A stretch of DNA of 64,000 nucleotides, from assembly GCA_907165135.1 (NCBI GenBank), contig OU015569.1:4278001-4342000 (forward strand), written 5' to 3'. This DNA comes from Oikopleura dioica. Its lineage: Eukaryota; Animalia; Chordata. Under the pieces are notes generated by a model. The model saw only the letters and a list, made by a program, of their open reading frames with translations. It had not been told where the DNA came from and made no database searches. The position numbers were made by a program, and so were the translations under genes. This document shows positions 11,320 to 24,606 of the stretch, piece after piece. How positions within the stretch are numbered: the stretch's first letter is position 1; each line of letters opens with the position of its first letter.

Positions 11320-13764
11320 ATGAACAATTCGAACGAGTCGTACGTCGGGGACCCGATGGTCTCCCAGCCCGAACATGCATACCATCAGACCATCCCCACC
11401 AATAATCAGTTAGAACATAACCCAAACATGCAAACCACGCGGCTCCCAGTTCCGGAAAGGCCTTCATACACTCCGAAATCAACTCGATTAACTAGCTTTT
11501 CTGTTCGTTTGAAATCAAAGCCTTGAAAGACCATGCAGCCGCAGCATATTAATCAAAATCAAAACAGCGTCATGTCTCCTCAAATGAGCGATACAGCAAG
11601 TATGAAAACGGAATCGCCGGCCGAAATAAAGAACCAAATGCCTAATACTCCAGGTTCAATGAATTCTATGGTAAGGAAAACGAGCAGACCCAAAGGAAGA
11701 AGCTGTATATTCATAAAGCTTGCTTCTCCTTTATTCATCATAGCCGGGGGAGATTCTTCTTTCCGAAGAAACTTCTCTCTTTACTGATAAATTTAGTCGG
11801 CGGATAGCGATATGCAGAGGAACGCATCGATCGTCTCTGCGACCAAAGTTGCGGAGGTTTTAAAAGTTGCTGGTGAAGCGTTTCAGCGTCTCGGCGAATG
11901 CACAATGTTTTTGGATTTCCACAGTGTAAATAACAAGTCAAAGGTACTTCTTATCAGCTTACGTTTTAACTTCTATTCTCGCAATCAGTGGATGCCCAGT
12001 GACGTCGATAAGCTTCAAGAAGCGGTTCAGAACTTTAAGGACGATTTGGGAACTATAAGTAACACGATGCAAAAAAGAACAAGCCAAAAACTCAAAGAAA
12101 ACCTGCACAAACATTTTGGGAACAGTGTCAATAACCGGTGAGATAACAAGCTTCGATCTGATGTATAATGAGTGCACTAGAATGCAAACCGATCAAATGA
12201 CGAAAAAGCCGAGAATGCAACAGGTGGCAAGTCCTGCTGGTCAAGCGCAAAGTCAGCTACGGCAAAATAACTCGATGGGTGCAAATCAAAAGACAATGAA
12301 CCCGCACCTTCAACAACCGATGCAGCAGCAACAGAGTCAGACGAGCCAACAACAACTCAGCCAGCAAGTAGCGCAGCAAGGACATCAGATTCAACAAACT
12401 AATCAACAACAACAGAATCAACAGCAGCAGCAGCCAAGACTCAGCGGATCTGTTCCGATGAGCCCTGGACAAAAGTAAGTCCTCAGACTTTTTGAAAGAT
12501 CCGATCTCATGGCTAAGAGTAGGTTCCTTTTAGAGCTTGACTCGGCTGAAAAGTAATTATTCTTTGTGTAAATGACCGATGGGTCCGCTCTCTATCGAGA
12601 AATAGGCCGCGATTGGCATTTCTCCAACAGACACTGAATCGTTAAGAGTAGTAGTCGACTGGAATTTTAAAATTGTCCTCTGACTCGTTTGAGTTTAGAA
12701 AATATTAAGACTGAAATATTTGGCCCAATGTTGGCGTTTTCTTTTCTTTTTCAAGCCCATTCTGGGCTTTGAAGAGTCCTGTTTAAGTCCTTGTCTACTC
12801 TTTCAATCAAGAATAATCAACCTAGCCCTTCAGACTCCGTTTATTCCTATGCATAACGAATTTAAGCCAAAATCCGACGCTCCAAATGCAACGCGGCCAC
12901 TCTCAGCAGAATGCCCCTCTGCAGCACCTTCCCCGCAGCGGCCAGTCCGGCAGCCAGTCAAACTATATCGTCCAAAGCCCTGGATCAGGGCAAAGACTCA
13001 TCCAAACTAGCCAGCACCAAGATAACCAGCAACAGCCATCGGTAAGCGTGCTCTTTCAGCCCTTCCGCGGTTTACTTTTTCGCTTAGTCCCGCGTGGTCT
13101 CGACCGCTACAACTATGGTTCTCGGCTCTGACCAACAAAAGGGTGGTCAGCAATACACGGTCAAGGCAAGGTTCCCGATTTGAGAAAAATTAACAGTCGC
13201 CATTCAAATCGCCACACTTGAATAGCATTTCGAACTGGTTGATTGTTGCGAATGATTTCGCCAAAAAGTCTAAGAGACTCAATTTCTTGATCCGCTACCA
13301 ATCATCATTTTTTTCTTTGAATTATTGCAGGAACCCCTGTCCTAGCAAACAATTATCGACGGGAAAAGGACGTTGATTCTTGATCACAGCGATCTGCAGC
13401 GGTTGATTAACAGCAATTCCGGAAATGCACCCGCTTCTTTGATTCTGCCGACGGTACGCGTTAATTAATTTTACACCCTAGACGGCTCCCTTCCGCTTTT
13501 CGATTTGACTGCGAGTCGCAGTCTGCGACAAATTAAAACTGTTGAAAATCGCATGGGATCCCCAACTGTTGATTCACCAAATTCTATTCTGTTTTTTTTT
13601 TTCTAAAAGTTGTGATTTCCAACTGTCGCAAACTTGTCTCGCAAGAAAATGAAACTGACCATTTGTACTAGACTTCATCCGTTGACTCAAATGGACAGAA
13701 CCAAACTGTTATGGTGATGACGAGTCAGCCCAGCAATCAGAACGGTGCCCGGCAAAACCAGTAA
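11320..13764 (+). CDS. BAP18: BAP18 (C17orf49)-like chromatin complex subunit with Q-rich N- and C-terminal extensions
   Basis: SATKVAEVLKVAGEAFQRLGE..QWMPSDVDKLQEAVQNFKDDL resembles BAP18 'STKVGEIFSAAGAAFTKLGE..KWTETEIEMLRAAVKRFGDDL'. Last exon is 13672-13764. The 5' exons are uncertain. Confidence 0.75.
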
Positions 13765-15338
13765 CAATCGCCTTCGCAAAGAATGATTATCATGATATTT
13801 AACGCGTCTGAAGACTTTACAAAAGTCCTCAAAGACAAAATAAAAACCGCCAATTAAAAAGTCTACTGCCAGCTGTTTGAGTTTTTTATTCGTTTCGGTT
13901 TCGTTTTCCACTCTTACGTTTTACCAAAATTCCTGTCCTGCAGCTCCAGGTGCAGGCTTTGAGTTTGAAATCCAGTGTTTGTCGGTACAGTTTGTCCCGT
14001 GAGCCTGAACATGTTCATTTTTGTTTCCTCCTTGGTTATTCAGGGCTTATGCAATCGAACCCGAAACTGGAACTATCAGCCATTTTTCATTAAATCCAAT
14101 AAATTGATATAGAAAGAAACTATCTTCTCCTAATTTTATTATTCTGTAAAAACTCATTTTGTTTCCCCTCTTTTAATCTAAAAGACCATCCTACATTGAT
14201 AAGCTGTTCTTACTGTTATATCTTTCCCTGATTCATTTTTGATTTATCTGACTTACGAATTCTTCTACAGACCGAATCTTCTGATATTTTCGTCGCATGA
14301 TAAGCTCACTACTACGATTAACGGCCCCTAATTATTCATGGCACGTAATTCAAGCTGATCCAGAAATAATTCAAACTTCTACTTTTTCCCATTTTCAAAC
14401 CGAAACAGTTCCTATTGCTTTAATTCTTGCGAGCATTTTGTTCTTTCTCCGGCAGATCAAGTGAATGCTCCGTAACTTCTGAGTCTGTCCTGACAATAAC
14501 TAAGAACTTCGAGTGAATAAAACTGAGCACCATTTCCTTCATCTAGAATCTAGATTCTAGATTACTTTTCCCGTTATTACACTTTCAGTTATCTGTTACT
14601 AATAGAATTTGATTCATTCTAACATGAGAAGTCGATTTTCGTATAGTTTGGAGGGACCAAATTATTTCTACACTGCAAGAATCAAAATTTGGGTGATATC
14701 GCGGGCAACAGCTTGAACACGAGAATATCTCTGATATATGGCATTCAATACTGAATTTTATCCTTCTTAAACGTAAAAAGACAGTCCTAAGACATTACTG
14801 CCGTTATCGTTTTTTTTATTTCTGAAAACTACAAGAACTCTTTTGCGAAGTCCCAACAAACTCCATACTTCCTATCAACAATCTTTAGTAATTTTACATT
14901 GATTTGACTCAGTACGGCTCCATTTAAAAGTTCTCAATAACGATCAATTATTTTTCAAATAAATTCTTTTTATGGATTTATTATTTGCGCATTTTTCGAA
15001 AGGCATTTCAGGAAAAACGGAAATTCGTAATTATACGGTTGAGAGGGTTTGTAATTTTTATTAGTATTGCATTTCTAAAAGAATGCCATTACGCGTCGAT
15101 GCATATTCAAATAAAAACATGTCTAAATAAGCCATTCCAAGAGATAGTCAGCATGGGATTGTATTCAGATCAAACCAAACATTGGTGAGTTCGAACCATC
15201 CCACTTCGCATTATTCAAATTAGGATTCTCTGGGGCGCCGCCGCTACAAAAAGCCCCGGCGCGACTTTCAAAATTACAATTCTCGCAGAGCAAGACGCTA
15301 CTTCTTTGCTTCCTTTTTAACGTATCGACTTTATCAGA

Positions 15339-17161
15339 ATGTCAGAGAATCGCCAGCGACAGCACAAGTTCTCAAATAAGAAGGATGCCGCCCGAGTGAA
15401 CCGACGGGAAGTGGCGGTTCAGCTCCGAAAGACTGCTCGTGAAGACCAGATGTCCAAGAGACGTAATCTTGCTGAAGATCTCAACACCTCGCCATTGAAG
15501 ACGAACTCTCCTGACCGAAATGACGACGAACGACAGCTTCCAAAGAGCTATGACGAGATCCGGTCTTTCTTCGCGAGCGGAATGCCCTCCCAAGTCCGAA
15601 GAGCTTGCAAGGCTTGCCGAAAGAAGCTTTCCGCTTCTGGAAATCCGCCAATCGACGAAATTATCAATGAAGGTTTTGTGAGACCTCTCATTCAAGCTTT
15701 GTATTCGACTGACAACGCCACACAGAAAGAAGCGGCATGGGCTCTTACCAATATCAGTAAGTCGACAAAAATTAAACCAGGCTGTAGGTATATTTTTAGC
15801 TTGTGGAAACGAACGACAAACAGCAGAAGTCGTCAATAAAGGAGGCGTCGCCGCGTTGACACATTGCTTCACGAATGATGAGGATCCTGAAACTGTGGAG
15901 CAAGCGATCTGGGCCATTGGTAACATAGTAGGCGATGGACCCAGGATGCGCGATTTCGTTATCGAAGCTGGTATCGTTACATTGATCATGCCACACATCA
16001 AGTCCGAACAAAGCAACGAGTTCCTCGCCAATTTGACCTGGATGCTTTCAAATCTTTGCCGAAACAAGCCTCCGCCTAAATTTGAGCAGGTGAAACCGCT
16101 CCTACTTCCGCTCAATGCGCTTCTTTGCTGGAAGGACCCTAAATGTAATGTCGACGCAGCATGGGCCCTAAGCTACTTTTCCGACGGGTAAATTATTTTT
16201 ACTGAAAAAATAATTAATTCTGTTTACAGGGGCGATGAATACGTCGAAGCAATGGCGAACGTGGACGGGCTCATAAAACAGTTAATGGTCCTGGCCTCGT
16301 CAGACAAGCCGAAAGTGATGGTTCCTGCCATCCGAGCGCTCGGAAATAGCCTGACAGGAAACGACGAGAACACGGAGACGATTATGAACTCTGGCTTCTT
16401 GGACATGGCTGCTTACATGCTCAATGGATCAATGAGACGCGCAGACAGTGTTATCAAGGACGTGATTTGGGGACTCTCAAATATCGCAGCTGGCACCCCT
16501 AATCAACAGCATCGCTTGGCTAGCAGAACAGATCTTCTCAGAGAAGTCTCGGACCGATTAAAAGGCGCCGAGTTCAAAATTCGAAAGGTTAATTTGAATA
16601 TAAGAATAAACAGTCAATATGCTTTCAGGAATGCTGTTATGTTTTCGGAAATCTTGTTACAAGCTCAAAGAAGTTAAAGAAGGACGATGTTTACAATCTT
16701 ATTATGTGTCAGTCGATTGAGTCCGTTGCGACGATTCTCGAGTGCAACGATAGTAAGCATTTGTTTCCCATCACAAAACATTCAAAATTTTTAGCTCAAC
16801 TGATCGAAGTTGCTCTCCGATTCTACAAATGCATGCTTGAGCTGGCAGATCAGCACAATATCGACATTTTTAGCGCGGTCGAAGAAAGCGGCGCGCTGGA
16901 CTCATTCGAGGCTCTTCAAATGCACCAAAGTGACGTAAGTAATTTGCCTCTTTCAAATAATGAAAATCGCTGTGAATAAGTTTCAAAGTTCAAATTCGTT
17001 ATGTAAGCTCTTTGACAAACAATGTCTTTTAGGAAATCTACAGCCTTGCCGTCCACATTGTCGAGACCTGGTTCTGCAACGAAGACTTCACCAATCCAGA
17101 AACTGACGAAATGGCCTTCAAAGAGCCCCTTCACGAGTCAAACCAAAAATTTGCCTTCTAA
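15339..17161 (+). CDS. KPNA: Importin-alpha (karyopherin alpha)
   Basis: IBB domain RREVAVQLRKTAREDQMSKRRN; ARM repeats EAAWALTNI, EQAIWAIGNIVGDG, WMLSNLCR and DAAWALSY; stop at 17159-17161. Confidence 0.93.
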
Positions 17162-17786
17162 GTCCCTTCGCCTTATGTCCAAGTAAAATTTTGCATCTAG
17201 ACTGCCTAATTGATTATTTTCCGACTCTTCGGTGCTTCCTTGCTCAAAATTTCAATTGAAGATCTTTGAACTAACATCGATCACGTCAGCTTCAATTATC
17301 TCGTTTTACTTTAGCCATTCCTTTATGCTCCAATGATTCCATTTCGGCCATTATCTTGCATTTAACATTTCCAAGCTTAGAATTTGATATAGTTGAAGAA
17401 AACAGTACTAGATCTACTTTTCACCTTTCTGGACTAACTATTTATGCCCGCTTATCTCCTTTGTGACATATTTTCTGAAACAAAAAACGATCTTCTTTTA
17501 ACTGTAATTTAACTGCTGCTATTTTACCACCGTGGTTAAATAAAGTCATTGATCTACGAAATCTACAGTGTCGCATAAATAAGTCTAAAGACCTTTGGTT
17601 ATCTCTTTATTTGCTTCGATGGGGTGATCATGTTTGTTGATTCTCTAGGGGTTAACGAAAAATTACCAGTTATGCGTAAAAACGATTGACTGAGCGACAG
17701 AGACAGGGCAGTTGATTGTGAGACGAGGCGTAGCGAAACTTTGTCGCCAACAGTCGCGAACTTTTTCATTGAGTTTTTCAAGTTAA

Positions 17787-19226
<1,440 letters not shown>

Positions 19227-19568
19227 GTCAACCTTTTATATCTCCGTTACTGTAGAATAGAATCATTATCATTTAAAGTTGCAATTTCTCTGTTAGGTGC
19301 GATTGAGATTCGCGTTCGCGGTAATCTTTCAATACTAGCAGATCAACACTTTAGTTTATAGACCATTACCAGCATAAAATCAAAATACCAATGTATCCAA
19401 CTCTTCTTCATCTTTAGTTTAACGGTTCAACGTTCCATCACACTTGAAAGTTTCTTCACTTCCACATTGATCCTCCAATTGCCTGAATATGTTCGAATAT
19501 TTATAATTTACTTATTGATTCCTAATAAAAATACAGCTGAACTTGAGCGTCAAACAATAACTGATAGA

Positions 19569-21270
19569 ATGGAGCCTGATACGTGGCCATACCATTGTAT
19601 TGCGTGTAACATGAATATTCCTAACCCGATCTCATGGAATGCTCACAAGGAAGGTAAGAAGCATGTGGTGAAGGAAAAAGAACTGAAACGGCGACAGGTG
19701 ACCTTCTCTATACGATATATATTTTTATCCATCCGGAAATTCTATTGGTCTGAATCTGATGTTGATATTGTTAGGCCGAAGGAAAACGAACTGTTTATGT
19801 CACAGGAGAAGTCGTGACAACGCCGGTAGCCGAGCTTCTTCTTCGCGAATACTTTCAATCCACGTTTGGCGAGGTCGAGAAAATTATTTGCCAGGAAAAC
19901 TTTTGCCTTGTCATATTCGAAAGTGAGACTGTATCGGAGTCCTGTTCTTCGCAAAAGAGCAAGAATTCTCTGGCTATAAAATACAGGTCAAACCGAGAAT
20001 CCAAAACTTCGAGCATCTTTCAACAACGCAAAGACGTTGGAGATAATAAATAAGCTCAACACCGCTGCAGATTTATCTAAACAACTCGCTATCGTCGATA
20101 GTTTTTATGGGGGTGGCCAGATCCAGCTGTTTCAGACGACGCTTGAAGGGTTCATTGAACGGTTGAAGGCTGAAGGGATGGTTCAAGAGAGAGAAAGAGA
20201 ACCAGATTTAGCGTGATTATCGTGTTTACAAAATTATTTTTGTATTGAGATAGCAGTATTGAACCAACACTAAGTCGGCCAGAGCGTCAACTTCGTTGCT
20301 GATCTTATTGGCTCAGCGAAGTACCAGCTTCAAACTCCGTCTTCTGATTTCGATATTAATTTCCGCGTTGGAAAGGTCAATTCTTTTGCGCTCGAGGAGA
20401 AGTTTATTGAGATTGGCCGGAAGACAGTTCGCAACGAGCCTCATTCGGCGCGCAAGGAACGCGATCAAACAGCCGTTGTTCTTTTTATCACCGGAAAGAT
20501 TGTCTCCTTGTCAAAGACTCTACCTATCTCCAGTGTACATGCCGTTATTGGAGCTCGAAAGCCGGTTATTCGGATGAATCTAAGCGGGAAAAAGCTTGAG
20601 ATCTCCATCGGAAATACTGCTGCTTCGGTGAATACGCGTTTCTTCGAAACCTGTTTTAGAGATCATCTTTTTCTTCATCTTGGTACGCTGATTTTTTTTT
20701 TGGCAAAGAAAAATTTTTGTTTCAGTGAAGATGACAAAGTTTATCTTTTCACACGGTGAGCTGAGCAAAGCTGGTCGATTGTCGTCCTACTCTACTCTGA
20801 TCGCCATGTACTCTTTTCTGATCGAGAAAAAAATTGCAAAACCGATCGACCAGCTTGTTGCTCAATACGGAGCCAGACACGAAGAAGGTCTGGAAGAAGA
20901 TGGCTTCTGCAAGAAGCAATGGGACTACCGGCTCCCGAATGAAGTTCCTTTTGAATGGCCAGTTGTATCGTCAAAAGAAGAAGCCGTCAAGCTCCTTTTT
21001 AAATTGTTCTTCGAGTTTTCGCATTGGCTCAGCTCAGTCGAGTCTGATATTGTCGTCAACATAAGATCCGATGTCAATCCAAACATTTCGGATTTCTTCA
21101 GTTCCTACCAATTAACGGAGCAACTATTCAAAGCTGCTGTTCTCAACATTGCGGATCCATTCGAAGTGGAGCACAATACTACCGGCCATATTACCGCGAA
21201 AACTCTTCACAAAATGTCGAAAGTATTGAAAAGCTTCGCAATCAAAGGGAAAATGAAGGCTTGTTCATAA
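19569..21270 (+). CDS. TUT1: TUT1/Star-PAP-like terminal nucleotidyltransferase (zinc finger, RRM, NTase, PAP-associated); frameshifted in this assembly
   Basis: YHCIACNMNIPNPISWNAHKEGKKH zinc finger, an RRM-like segment, IGSAKYQLQTPSSDFDI NTase motif, LSSYSTLIAMYSFL and LNIADPFEVEHN. Apparent 1-bp frameshifts near 19955, 20005 and 20280. Confidence 0.75.
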
Positions 21271-21479
21271 ATAGTAAATGAATTCAAGGATCGGAGTAAC
21301 AGAGGAATTTTAACAGTCGACTCAACGCTTCAAATTCAGAGTTAAGAACTAGCTCAACAGTAAATCTATGTATTGTTTCATAATCGTTTGATGCCAGGGA
21401 GCTTCCACTGGATATTACATTCCTGTTAGATTTTTCTGTTTTTCTATTCAAGTAACTCGAATCAAGTTAACTGGTGACG

Positions 21480-22826
21480 ATGTTGAAGCCTACAAAGAGA
21501 GTCACAAATTTTATCGAGAACCAAAAAGCAACATCACACGACTCCAAAGATTGGGGTATTTCGTTACTCATCGGCACGGGCGAAAACCGAATGGATGCTG
21601 GGCAATCTTGTGGTCTAGTTACCTCTTCCCGCACTACAAAAGCTGGCAACGAGTTCAGTTTGAATGTAGATTCAACTAAGAAGTCAGAGTTCTTTGCCTT
21701 TCTGGACAAGGTATTGCGCGTTCAAATGCCGGAAAAGCTGATCAATGAAAGCATGGAAGATATGGAAATATCTCCTAAGAAGTCAAAGATGAGTGAAGAG
21801 ATGTCCTCGGATTCTTTCGACTCTGGTGGGCTAAAAGTTTTACTGCTTTACCAAACATGTTCAACTTGTTTTAGGCCATGAAAGCATCGGTGAATGTTTC
21901 AACTGCTCGGTCGAGTTCAAACTCTGGGAAGGGCGCCGAGGAACTAGAAGGCAACTCGAGCGCGAGTACAAAAACGCAAAGCCGATCGATATTGAGTCTC
22001 AAGTTTCCGCTATTTTGCTGGGGAAAACGCCCAAGAAGTTGGGGGAAGCGATGGCTTTCAGGCTTCAAGTAGCCGATGCGGGAATCCGATTGCTCCCGGA
22101 GAAAAATAGCCAAGATGATTTCAAAAAACTTTTTGCGGGGCCGGAAATCGTAAAAAAACTGCAAGTGCAGTTTTCTTCAGCTCCTCGAGACGAGTTGAAT
22201 GATGGGTCTAACTCTTGATAACTCTAAGGATTTACCGGTTTACCGGCTGGTTACCGGAAAATACGTTGTCACCGGCCGTTTTTGTTCTAGAAGTGGTAAA
22301 CAGATGATCGACCCAGGAAATTGTTCCTTATAGTCAGTTCTACTGCAGGCTAAAAGATGAAAGCCGTATCATTACTCCGAAGAGAGTTATCACTAAAATA
22401 CTATTTTTGGCGGAAATGGGACTAGAAATCAGGAACGTGCAGCGACAACGAAATTTATGCAAAATTTACTGTTTTTAATGATAACTCTCTTCGGAATAAT
22501 GATACGACTTTCATCTTTTAGCCTGCAGTAGAACTGTCTATAAGGAACAATTTCCTGGGTCGATCATCTGTTTACCACTTCTAGAACAAAAACGGCCGGT
22601 GACAACGTATTTTCCGGTAACCAGCCGGTAAACCGGTAAATCCTTAGAGTTATCAAGAGTTAGACCCACCATTCAACTCGTCTCGAGGAGCTGAAGAAAA
22701 TTGCACTTGCAGTTTTTTTACGATTTCCGGCCCCGCAAAAAGTTTTTTGAAATCATCCAAGAGTTCTCTGAACTTTTCCGTTTCCTCGAACAAGCCGTTA
22801 CGAAATACTTTCTCGCTGAAGCGTGA
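21480..22826 (+). CDS. Uncharacterised protein with two diverged internal repeats; last exon interrupted by a foldback element
   Basis: Two exons; removing the element and one TSD copy yields ...PEKNSQEFSELFRFLEQAVTKYFLAEA*, which parallels the N-terminal ...VDSTKKSEFFAFLDKVL. Confidence 0.6.
22114..22757. mobile_element. Foldback/MITE-like element with ~280-bp near-perfect TIRs
   Basis: Arms 22114-22392 and 22479-22757, with 5 mismatches counted and an 86-bp spacer. Flanked by direct repeat CAA (or CCAAG at 22110-22114 / 22757-22761). Internal TACCGG repeats. Confidence 0.85.
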
Positions 22827-22977
22827 ACGCATTTCATTCTATTCTTAATTGTTGATCTCACTTATTATTTCACCTCCTTTCTTTCGCCTCGAGTTCAAAA
22901 CTCATTCACTGCCGACACGATGGAATGAAAACTTGTTGAATTTCTCCAATGACCACTTAGTTAAGATCGAGGGCGCA

Positions 22978-24163
22978 ATGGAGGACGAGCTAGCGCCTGG
23001 AGCTAGTCCACCAGGTTATGGGCCTAGTTTCGGAGCCACCCTTGCAATCTTTGGCGCATTATCGGCTGGCGTTTCCATGGTTCTTCAAAAGGTATACGAG
23101 AGTTTTTGTCAGCTTTACTACGAGATTCAGGTTGGAGTCGCGAAATCAAAGGTAATTTGGTTTTGTGGTCTTGCTTGTCTGATTATTGGTGAAGTTTTGA
23201 CTGTTGCTGCATTCACTTATGCTCCTGCTGTGCTTGTTTCCCCTCTTGGTGCTTTCCGAGTAATTGTTACTGCGATATTAAGGTACGAAAGTGTTTAACG
23301 ATCGCAGAAGCCAGAAATTTTTAAGTACAGTCTGGTTGAAGGAGCGATTATCTAGAAACGGAAAGCTTGGTATCTTATTATCTGTGGTCGGCGCAACAAT
23401 GCGAAGGGTTTCAACCTTGATTAGGAAGATTTAAAAGTTTTCAAATAATTATCGGGGCATTTCAAAAAACCCGGCTCAAGATCGTTTACAACGCTCCGAA
23501 AAGCGTCAAAATCAAAACATTCCAAGATCTGGAGCATTATCTACTGACATCTAGGTTTATATTGTTTGTTTTTGGGGTATTCGCCGCCTCTGCATTCTTA
23601 TCGAGACGAGCGAAGATAAATGGAAGTCGAAATATTTATCTCTACGTCACTATTTGCAATCTTTTGGGAAGTTTGGGCGTACTTTTATCGAAAGGCATTG
23701 GAATCGTAGTTCAATCGGAACGAGGCAAAAATATTCAGAGAAAAATACTTGTTATCTATTAGAAACTTATTCTTTGCCCCTGAGTAGATCTTAGGCGGCG
23801 ACATGAGCATAATTCTGAGTCCTGTCGCATGGGCCGTTCTCCTTGGCGTTGGATACGGCGCTGTCTCCCAGCTTTATTATCTGAATCACGCGCTGCGGCA
23901 CTTTGACGCGGCGCAAATAGGATCCCTTAAATATGTTGGTACCAACGCGCTAGTTGTTGTTGGCTCGGTCATTCTATTTGATGAATTCGCATCAATGACG
24001 ATTCGGTAAACCTTTTTAAGGCGATCAGGATAAGAGATCATGTGTTTTCAGTGACACACTTGGACTCTTCTTGGGACTAAGTATAGTCGCCTTTGGAACA
24101 ACTTTTATGCACGGCTCGGATTTTTATTGCAAATCGAAGCCTGCCGGCATCAAAAAGTATTGA
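22978..24163 (+). CDS. NIPA: NIPA-family magnesium transporter
   Basis: WFCGLACLIIGEVLTVAAFTYAPAVLVSPLGAFRVIVTAIL, YVTICNLLGSLGVLLSKGIG, YLNHALRHFDAAQI; multi-TM; stop at 24161-24163. Confidence 0.85.
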
Positions 24164-24606
24164 AATATTTTAACTAGAAGATTTCGCTTTACGCGTTTTA
24201 TAGCCAAGAACCTGTTGTTTAATCAGATGGTCTATCAGTTATCCTCCCTTTCCTAATTATACCGCAAACTCCGATCGGCATAAGTGCTTTCAACAAAATC
24301 TTCTGTTTTTTATGAGTGCCCTTCTACTTCAATTACATGCCTTCTTCACTATTTTTGTACTTGTGCGAAAAGATAAATCTGTTTTTCATCACGTTTTCTT
24401 GCATTCGTTCATCGAACTTTAAATTTTCATATCCCAATTCAAAGCTAACTGATACAGTTGTCTTACCAACAAATCGCTCTTCCAATTTAATTCTGCTAAA
24501 ATTCAATTCAAGTGTGTCTTGAATTGTTGCTGTTTTTTATTAAAGTTTTACTTTATTTTCAAACTGATGCTTTATTATCTTCACCTGATGCCAAGTGAGC
24601 TCAGAA

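Noticed and set aside
14541-14562. Perfect 22-bp palindrome ATCTAGAATCTAGATTCTAGAT
   Set aside because: Built from a low-complexity TCTAGA repeat, with no context suggesting function.
13770-15300. Possible fragmented gene in the AT-rich region between BAP18 and importin-alpha, including minus ORF 13687-13911
   Set aside because: No consistent spliced frame or motif. The minus ORF is antisense to the last BAP18 exon.
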